A DNA stretch of 64,000 nt, from contig JALAGF010005569.1 in NCBI GenBank assembly GCA_030167865.1, forward strand, positions 1 to 64,000, given 5' to 3'. This stretch comes from Craspedostauros australis. Taxonomy: Eukaryota. Below, in pieces: positions 56,500 through 64,000 of this stretch. The first letter of the stretch is position 1, and every line of letters begins with the position of its first letter. Under the pieces are notes generated by a model. That model did no database searches. It was not told where the DNA came from and saw only the letters and a program-made list of their open reading frames with translations. The translations under genes were made by a program, and so were the position numbers.

Positions 56500-58731
56500 C
56501 TACACAAACGATTGGGTCGAGTAGTGCTCATCCTCCAGCGGACGTAGGACTTGTTGATTCCACGCGTAATCTCGGAAGATCTGCAACGCCGTGCGGTCCG
56601 TGACGATCATACGATCTTCGGTGATGGCATTGTCCACATCCGGAACCTCCAGGTAGGAGAGATATCCGTCACGACCATCGACGGGATTCGCGTAATGAAT
56701 GGCCAGACTGTAGGTGGCGTCGAGGTTGATGGCAACGTACTCGCCGCCATCGGCACGGACCTCCACATTGGAAAGGCGTTGGCCTTGGCGTTCGGTGCTG
56801 TTGACATCAAAGCGCATGCCCGCCGTGTAGGGATACAAGCAGCTGCATGCGGCCGTCGCGAAAGTCTTGTCGAGATTCGATTCCAGGATCGACACGATCT
56901 CCTGACCGGTCGCGTTGGGGATGATGATGATGTCGTTTGGAATCGGGATGATGAGCAAGGTGTCGGCGACGCTGAGGTTGCCGGCACGGATGTCCGAATC
57001 GACGGCGGCGGCGTTCTGGAGGACGATGTCGACATTCATGGCACGTCGGATGGAGGAGGCAACCAACGTAGCGACGTCGCCACCGTGTTGAGACGTTTGA
57101 TTGACGGGACACAGATCGCTGTATCCGGATCCTGGCACGCGTTCGTTGCACAACGTTGAAGGTACGGTGGCGATCGTGGCTGCGAATGAGAGGTCGGGGG
57201 GCATGCCCGATGATGTTGGTGCCTGCGTCGCAACGGCAGTGGGAGATGCCGTCGGAGACGCGGTCTCGTTGGCGCGCGGGGGACGCACGATGGATTTGGT
57301 GCCGTCGTCGGAGGTTGACAGAAGCGTCGTCACCGCCACCGCCACGGCGACGATGCACACAATAGCGATGAGCCCAATGATCATGATACGATGTCGATTG
57401 CAGAAGGACGGCTCCTTTTCTGGTGCATCGCATCTGACGACCATGGTGGGTTCGATCATAATTTGCTCTTGCGACTCGGGGTCCCTTTGGGCTTTGCCGC
57501 TGCCGACCACGTACCCCGTGAGGACGCTGTCGGAGACCACATGTTGCACGGCAGCGTCCTCGATCATTTCTTCCGATCGCGACGATGACGTGTTGGATAT
57601 TGCCGTGCTGGAGGTCTTGGCATCGTAGACAAACTCATCGTCAACCTCAACGAGACCTTGTTCCATGGCCGCGTCGCTGTGAAGCATGGCGTTGTTGCGA
57701 GCATAGTACGCACCGGGACGCAGGTCCGCTTCTGCCGCCATATCCAAGAGTTCTTCCGTTTGCGCACTCGCATCGGGAGGAGATCGCAATGCTGGATCAT
57801 GGAATGCGGCTTCGTTCGAGACAGCAGCGGACTGCGTTTGCTCCTGCAGCAGTTCCGAACTGAACTTGCAATCCGCGTTCGTTGTCGCGAACGAGGATGA
57901 GTTGGAACGCATCGGAAGATGCCTGGAGCTGTCCTCCCTTACGGAAAGCAAAAAATCGCTGCCCGTGTCCTTGTAGTACATACCGACGGAGGGTGTGCGC
58001 ATCGGTGGCGCTTGCTTTCCGCCTTGATGCACAGCTGGGATCGCGCGCGGTGAAGATGGCTGCGTGGCAGATTGTGACATGGTGGATGACATGGATGCGC
58101 CTTTCTGAGCTTCCAGGGCAATCCTGGAGGCCACTTGCGAAGCTGTGGTAGCTGCGGATCCGCGGCCCGATGCGAAGGAGGCGGCTCCAGTAGGATATGT
58201 GGCTGATTCCGTGAACGCGGTGGTGTTCGAAGCAGTGGTGAACGCGGAGGTGGAGGCAGTGGATGCCCTGGATTGCGGGAAGCCGTGGGTGTAGCTGCGC
58301 GAAGATGCTTTTGCCTTTGCTTTTGCATCGTCGTCATCCCGCTGCTGCTGCTGTCTTTGCCTTCTACTTGCACGATGTGCCCGGGCCTGGGCTGTCGTTG
58401 AAGTGGTCGTTGCGGATGTGGATGTAGATGTGGATGCAGTTGTTGGCTCAGCCGTCGGCGTTGACGCGGATGCCGATGTCGGTGGAGAGATGGCCTCTGC
58501 AGCCGGTGGCTTCTTCTTGGATGGTGCTTGGTTGTTGTTCATGATTGTATTTGATGTTGATGTTGATGTTAATGATAATGTTGATGAAAATGTGGGTATA
58601 GCTGGAGAGTTGTGGGATGTATTGGTGATCGAAGGAGGCTCTGGCTGCAGTTGTTGCTGATGTCGTTGTTGCGGAGGCTGAACCACAACATCGCTCGATT
58701 CCACCTCGCCGGCGTGATTGATCCTCTTCAT
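56500..58731 (-). CDS. Type II membrane protein with an extracellular 5'-nucleotidase C-terminal (substrate-binding) domain only
   Basis: About 450-aa disordered N-terminus (with PGAY), TM helix IMIIGLIAIVCIVAVAVAVTTLL, PTASPT stalk, then LCNERVPG..GG.V..LVA, DIVLQNAAAV, ATGQEIVSILE, YPYTAGMRFDVN, R.SNVEV, GRDGY. No metallophosphoesterase motifs. Confidence 0.88.
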   Translation of the reverse strand: MKRINHAGEVESSDVVVQPPQQRHQQQLQPEPPSITNTSHNSPAIPTFSSTLSLTSTSTSNTIMNNNQAPSKKKPPAAEAISPPTSASASTPTAEPTTASTSTSTSATTTSTTAQARAHRASRRQRQQQQRDDDDAKAKAKASSRSYTHGFPQSRASTASTSAFTTASNTTAFTESATYPTGAASFASGRGSAATTASQVASRIALEAQKGASMSSTMSQSATQPSSPRAIPAVHQGGKQAPPMRTPSVGMYYKDTGSDFLLSVREDSSRHLPMRSNSSSFATTNADCKFSSELLQEQTQSAAVSNEAAFHDPALRSPPDASAQTEELLDMAAEADLRPGAYYARNNAMLHSDAAMEQGLVEVDDEFVYDAKTSSTAISNTSSSRSEEMIEDAAVQHVVSDSVLTGYVVGSGKAQRDPESQEQIMIEPTMVVRCDAPEKEPSFCNRHRIMIIGLIAIVCIVAVAVAVTTLLSTSDDGTKSIVRPPRANETASPTASPTAVATQAPTSSGMPPDLSFAATIATVPSTLCNERVPGSGYSDLCPVNQTSQHGGDVATLVASSIRRAMNVDIVLQNAAAVDSDIRAGNLSVADTLLIIPIPNDIIIIPNATGQEIVSILESNLDKTFATAACSCLYPYTAGMRFDVNSTERQGQRLSNVEVRADGGEYVAINLDATYSLAIHYANPVDGRDGYLSYLEVPDVDNAITEDRMIVTDRTALQIFRDYAWNQQVLRPLEDEHYSTQSFV

Positions 58732-59686
58732 GTTGGCAAGACTCTTACTCCTCTATTAGCAGAGAGCAGCTCGCACTCGTAATAGTCGTATGTGTGGTTA
58801 CAAAACCGATTGGTGACCGTTGCTCTGTGCACCTTCGGATGAAGAGTGTTGTTGGGGGTTTCGGTGATACTCTGTCACTCCTTTCATGCCTGTTTGAGAG
58901 ACTCTCTTTCAGTGGCCACTGCATTGTACTCTATTCGGGTGCATCTTCTTGCGTTGTTGCCCAGACACGTCAAACACACAAGTTGGCTTGTGGAGATGTT
59001 GCAAACTGGCGACTCTTTTGCCCAAGACCGAAATCAGGACTGGTCAACTCTCCCCAATGCTTGTGTGAGCGCGAGAATGCACGACACCAAGTTGCGCCGG
59101 AAGAAGCGTTGTGGCAAGCCACAATTTCGTGACCTTCCCCTCTCTGTGTCTTCCGTTGATGTTGACCGGTAAGACCACTTTTTTTCTTTTTGTGACACGC
59201 GCTTGCGTGTGTGTGATGTTGTGTTCAGTCACATGTAGCGGGCAATTGTTCTCATTCACATGAAATCAGGAGGCCCAAAGAACTTCATGTTCGCCGTCTC
59301 GCACCTTGTTTAAGGCAGCCGAAGACTACAACGCTTAGTAAATTCCGACTATTTGGTGGCGCGTCTGTCACAAAGCCGGAGAAAGATTCGTCCGGAGTAG
59401 TCCAGCAGAGTATCACAGAAAACATCATGTGAACAAGCACGAAAACCAAAAGAGGGACAAACGCCACAAACGCAAACAAGCGCTGAGCGGTCCTCACGCA
59501 AAACCGTGATGGTTGATGCGAAGAATCAAAATGGCATGGGCTTGTTCATACCCGCTCCCGTTCTGAATCTCAACAGTCAGCACCAACGATGGATTTATCA
59601 TGCTGTTCTGAGACCTCTCACAAACTCATCGAAGCCCACAACAACTATACTCGTACGACCGCTCGCACAATCATCACAGCACAGAA

Positions 59687-59731
59687 ACAAGTCAACAACA
59701 AGTCAACAACAAGTCAACAACAAGTCAACAC
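59687..59731 (+). repeat. 11-bp tandem repeat x4 in the 5' region of the downstream gene
   Basis: (acaagtcaaca)x4. Confidence 0.8.
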
Positions 59732-59818
59732 CACACTTCTCCAACCCAAACCAAGTATTATACGAGGACCTGAACTCGTCCACCCGACCTCCGTCTACAT
59801 CCGAGCACTCCAACCACA

Positions 59819-61693
59819 ATGGCAGATTCAGCACCAATTCCATCCACATCCATGCCACAATCGCTGCATCAACCCAATCAACAACCCAATCAACAACCCA
59901 ATCAGCAACACAATCAGCAGCAACCGCAGATGCAAAGCAGCTTGCCAAAACGCCAGGACGCCATGGCACTCGCAGTGAAAGCGGCAGACATGCAGCAGCA
60001 TCTCTCCAATAACAATGGAATCAACGACGACACCCACGACAACGGCCACAGCAACATCAATCACAAAGATGTTGCAACATCTCCCATGCGCAAACAGATC
60101 AAGCTGACGTCCAAGAAAGCGGGTATCGATACGACTGTGCGTGAGAGCATCAATGACACCAACCAGGCTACTGCTGAAGCCGACACCAACGCCAAGCACC
60201 GCGCAACGTATCAAATCCTGCAATCTGCCTCTGCTTCTGCAACTTCAGCTCAATCGGCCGTCTCCATACCGATCCGCAATCCAACGGATGCCGAAAAGCT
60301 GCTGCACAACCAACAGCAACAGCGCGCTTCCACGTCCAGCCGCATACGGACACTCAGATCCAGCGCAGCGCAACCCCAATCGATGCAGACTGCACCCGAC
60401 TATCTCGCGTCGCCCGCAGCAGCCATGCCGGATTCGACCCAGCCCCGACATTCACTTGCTACCAGCGTAGGTCACAATAACGACGACAGCGGCGACGACA
60501 GCGCCCTGCTCGACATGTCCACTCCAAGCAAGTCGAAGTCCGGCAAGCCAAACTCACCAACATTCCAACCGACTCCGCATGAGAAGGTGAAGAAGACTGG
60601 CGAAAAGGCCATGGAGGCAGCATCTCTGGACGTGCTTCCCATGGCCATGCCCGTCAGTGTGGAAGACGAAGGACCAGAGGATTACGATATTGAACAGGAT
60701 GGCCATCACAAGCAGCCGGTCATCGCAAGGGCAGAGGACCCTACAAAGCCCGCCCAAGTCGACCAACAACGTAAGCGCCGTCTATGCATCATCATTGCTG
60801 TTTTCGTCGTCTTGATTGCGATCGGTGCCGTCGTCGGAATCGTGCTAGCGTCCTCGTCCCCAACGAGGAACAATGACAACACTCCCACTACTACACCAAC
60901 TCCGGCAGCACCCGCAACTCCGGATGCACCCACCGCTGCGCCGCAGCAAGGATCGGCCACTGATGCACCCACCACCTTCGACGTGAACGATCTGCCAACC
61001 GATCTCGTCATCGCGCAGGTGGAATCCACAATCTGCCTCGATCGGTTCCCTGGCATGGGGTACACACGCCTTTGCAATCGCAACGACACCAAAACGCAAG
61101 GTGGTGGCGTCTGCAACATCGTCGCGCAAGCCTTCCTCGATCAGGTCGATGGAGCCGATTTCACGCTCCAAAACGCCGGTGCTTGCCGCACCGATTTGGC
61201 GCCGGGCAACTTCACGATCGATGATGCCAAGAACGTCCTTCCGTTCACCAACCACCTCCTCACATTCCAAGTCACGGGTGCCGAGATCGTCACGCTGCTC
61301 GAACAAGGACTGCACCACGCCTTCGGTCCCAACAATTCCACCGGTGGATATCCCTACTGCGCTGGCATCCGGTACGACGTCGACGCCAACCAGGCTTTCA
61401 ACAACCGCACTACCAATGTCGAGGTCAACCCTCGCCTCGCCAGCGACACGTGGACTCCCATCGATTTGGAGCGGCAATATACGTTGGCGACCAACTCGTA
61501 CGTTGGATTCGCAGGCGACAGCTACACCTTGTTCCAAGACAAGGTTCCGACCGACACCAACTTGGATGCCACGCAGTCCTTCATCCGGTACGCTGTCGCT
61601 CAAGGATACTTGCGAGATCCGCCGCTGGAGGAGTACTCCACTCAGTACTTCGCACCGTACGTTTGGTCGGGTCACGTATCCAGGAGGAAGTAA
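59819..61693 (+). CDS. Paralogous type II membrane protein with an extracellular 5'-nucleotidase C-terminal domain only
   Basis: Disordered N-terminus, RKRR + TM helix LCIIIAVFVVLIAIGAVVGIVLA, PT stalk, then ICLDRFPG..GGGVCNIVAQAF, ADFTLQNAGACRTD, VLPFTN, VTGAEIV.LLE, GGYPYCAGIRYDVD, ATNSY..AGDSY. Confidence 0.9.
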   Translation: MADSAPIPSTSMPQSLHQPNQQPNQQPNQQHNQQQPQMQSSLPKRQDAMALAVKAADMQQHLSNNNGINDDTHDNGHSNINHKDVATSPMRKQIKLTSKKAGIDTTVRESINDTNQATAEADTNAKHRATYQILQSASASATSAQSAVSIPIRNPTDAEKLLHNQQQQRASTSSRIRTLRSSAAQPQSMQTAPDYLASPAAAMPDSTQPRHSLATSVGHNNDDSGDDSALLDMSTPSKSKSGKPNSPTFQPTPHEKVKKTGEKAMEAASLDVLPMAMPVSVEDEGPEDYDIEQDGHHKQPVIARAEDPTKPAQVDQQRKRRLCIIIAVFVVLIAIGAVVGIVLASSSPTRNNDNTPTTTPTPAAPATPDAPTAAPQQGSATDAPTTFDVNDLPTDLVIAQVESTICLDRFPGMGYTRLCNRNDTKTQGGGVCNIVAQAFLDQVDGADFTLQNAGACRTDLAPGNFTIDDAKNVLPFTNHLLTFQVTGAEIVTLLEQGLHHAFGPNNSTGGYPYCAGIRYDVDANQAFNNRTTNVEVNPRLASDTWTPIDLERQYTLATNSYVGFAGDSYTLFQDKVPTDTNLDATQSFIRYAVAQGYLRDPPLEEYSTQYFAPYVWSGHVSRRK

Positions 61694-62106
61694 GCAGCGC
61701 GGGGCTTTACCGATTGATTGGATGGATGGATGGATGGATGACTGATTTTAACATGTAAGGGGCAAGCGACATGAGTCGCACAGTGCAGCATATGCTAGAG
61801 ATCGTCTCATCCATAACACTAGAGCACTCGTGGTGATGAACTTTGATGGACGCAATCTCGTTAGATATCGGGATATACGGTAAATATACATTATATATAC
61901 TATTGAAAGGTCTCTCGTTCCGCTGAAGAAGAACGGACAGTCGTGACATATGACGAATAGAATGTGGTTGAATTTCTCGACCTGAATCGGCTCCCACCAC
62001 AACAACATGACACGCACCCAACGCGCGCAAATGGCCAGAGCAGGCCACAGAATGAACACGCACAGCTACTGAAACCACAATAATCAAGATCACGACGACG
62101 ACGACG

Positions 62107-63744
62107 ATGATGATGCCATCCAAGTGTGATGTTGCTGGGATCCTTCTGCTTGCCTTTGCCCATGGCTTTCCAGTGCATGCATTCCATTCATCTGCCAACC
62201 ATGATGCGATCACACACATGGGAAAGATAGCTGATAATGAACCCAACTATCATCTGAACGGGCACACACGCATGCCTTGCCTGCATCAACAGCGACCATT
62301 TGCAACGGCAGGATCCACCGTTGTCCGAGCTTCGCCGTTGGATAGTGACGCGGACGATGGAAGTGACGACTCGGCCATGGATGAAGAAGAACGCATGCGC
62401 AAGGTCCGTGAATTGCAAAAGATCTTCTACTCGTCCGGAAGTGACGGCGAGACGCCCGACGATGGATCGGGATCCGCATCAGATTCAGACAGCGATGCCA
62501 ACAGCAGTGCATTCCCGCGCAACTTTGATCCCACCACCGGCAGGATCGAGAATGTCCCACTGTGGAGAGTCGGTTGGACTGAGGTGCCGGGACGTACCAA
62601 CGTCTTGAACGTCCACGAGGGGCATTACACCAACATGTTCGAGACCATCTTCGCTCGGCCGCAGCCTTGGTACTTTGGCCATCTGCACTTGCCGGGTGGC
62701 TCCAAATCTCTCACCAACGCAAACGAGCAACGATTCAAGCTCAAATCGTGGCGGGAGGAGATCCAGGACACCACGCGCTTCGACAGCACGAAGCAGCGCG
62801 ATCGATCGTCGGTGGTGGGTGTGCTGATGCGAGCAACCGATTATCGTCGCATGACGGATGGTCGGCTCGTCATCTTGGTGCAAGCCACGGAGAGATTCGT
62901 GGTCCAGGATGTTGTGGAGAGCTTTCCGTACGGATTGGCGACCGTGCAGATCTTGCCGGACAGGGAAGAGATGCTGTTGGCGGAAGCAGGCGACGGCGTT
63001 GCGTTGGATTTGCCTTCGACGTCGTCCGCACGATCCGAAGCTGCTGCAAAGCAAGCCAGAGCGCTCGCGGTTTGCAAGGCACTCGAACTTCATGGGTATG
63101 AATACGCCAACACGCAGCTGTCCAGCACGAAGGACAAAGATTACTTGTCTCAACAGGACGTCTCTGGCCAAGACATTGCCAAAGTGCTACCGTTCGCTGT
63201 CTACAATTGCACGAATCTGCAACTGCTGACTTCGACTGCACAGGCAGCGACAATGAGAGCACCGACCTCTGCTGAAGCTGCTGCTGCTGTGCTGTCTGAC
63301 GAAGACGACGGTTCGCTTTCACTTGAGCAACAGCTCCAAAGCGAACTCATCTTGCGAAATCCACCACCGCTATCCCGCATTCAACAGCAGGATGGGAAAT
63401 CCATAGTGGTTGCCACAGCGTCACCCAACGACGCACCGGCCAAATCCATGACACTGGACGAGCTCGAAGCGGCTGTCTGGGTCTCGTTGGATGGCTTTTG
63501 CCGTGCCGCCAACTTTCGATTGCCGGGAGAGATCAAATTCCTCCGCACGATGGACCCAGCATACCCGTCCATTCGAAGGCAGCAACGCTTGAGCTACGCT
63601 GTGCCTGCCATTTTGGAGAACATCAACATTGGTGCTGGGATGCGGAATATCTGGCTATGCACACCAAGTACGCACGCGCGGCTGGACGCTTTGTTGGAGC
63701 GTCTCGAGTTATTGAATGAAGCTGTTATGGGGGAGTATGAATGA
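62107..63744 (+). CDS. Lon N-terminal (substrate-binding/PUA-like) domain protein, probably plastid-targeted
   Basis: Signal peptide + 'VHAFH'; VPLWRVGWTEVPGRTNVLNVHEGHYTNMFE, VVGVLMR...DGRLVILVQATERF.V, and C-terminal RQQRLSY...R..WL..PST.ARL resemble the Lon-N fold. No AAA or protease domain. Confidence 0.72.
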   Translation: MMMPSKCDVAGILLLAFAHGFPVHAFHSSANHDAITHMGKIADNEPNYHLNGHTRMPCLHQQRPFATAGSTVVRASPLDSDADDGSDDSAMDEEERMRKVRELQKIFYSSGSDGETPDDGSGSASDSDSDANSSAFPRNFDPTTGRIENVPLWRVGWTEVPGRTNVLNVHEGHYTNMFETIFARPQPWYFGHLHLPGGSKSLTNANEQRFKLKSWREEIQDTTRFDSTKQRDRSSVVGVLMRATDYRRMTDGRLVILVQATERFVVQDVVESFPYGLATVQILPDREEMLLAEAGDGVALDLPSTSSARSEAAAKQARALAVCKALELHGYEYANTQLSSTKDKDYLSQQDVSGQDIAKVLPFAVYNCTNLQLLTSTAQAATMRAPTSAEAAAAVLSDEDDGSLSLEQQLQSELILRNPPPLSRIQQQDGKSIVVATASPNDAPAKSMTLDELEAAVWVSLDGFCRAANFRLPGEIKFLRTMDPAYPSIRRQQRLSYAVPAILENINIGAGMRNIWLCTPSTHARLDALLERLELLNEAVMGEYE

Positions 63745-64000
63745 ATCGGGTAGATGAATTGAGTGTTTGGGTGGAGCAAGGAGGAAATAGGAAGACATTG
63801 ACGAACTGGTGACTTGCACTACGAAGACACTTCTGGATTGAGCTGAGGGGATTCTCACATGGAAGGACCCTGAACAGCTGAACACTCGCTCCTGCGACAC
63901 CTTTCTACCATGCCATACTTGCACAACAGAGAAGAAGGACAAACCGAAACGTAAATGGAACTGATGAACAGCCATGAAGTGTTGTGAACCGTTATGATGC

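Overview
Eukaryotic nuclear DNA, very probably from a diatom. The evidence is short GT-AG introns, bipartite signal+ASAF-type plastid presequences and Pro/Ser-rich stalk proteins. About 17 protein-coding genes can be supported, plus two 50-N assembly gaps; no rRNA, tRNA or CRISPR was seen. The genes are: a huge Ser/Pro-repeat type II membrane protein with an N-terminal IQ-like motif (minus strand, runs off the left edge, absent from the ORF track); a >3,800-aa rabconnectin-3/RAVE (Rav1_C) protein carrying extra PDZ, SH2, DEP-like and C2 domains; DUF1295; an RNI/LRR-like protein; a cereblon homologue; a bacterial-type AAA ATPase/TPR protein; an actinobacterial-type '3-methyladenine DNA glycosylase'-family protein; a GT77 sugar transferase; a VTT/TVP38 protein; a GPCR kinase; DUF3007; thiamine pyrophosphokinase; a GH47 mannosidase; gamma-tocopherol methyltransferase; a plastid YafJ-type Ntn amidohydrolase; a putative glycan-modifying protein; a divergent pair of membrane proteins with only the 5'-nucleotidase substrate-binding domain; and a plastid Lon-N-like protein. 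The most striking structure is a DNA-transposon-like element at 9049-9828. It has a 4-bp ATAT target-site duplication, bipartite inverted ends and palindromic subterminal motifs. It sits inside the rabconnectin coding sequence, precise excision restores the reading frame, and its ends offer in-frame GT/CAG splice sites.
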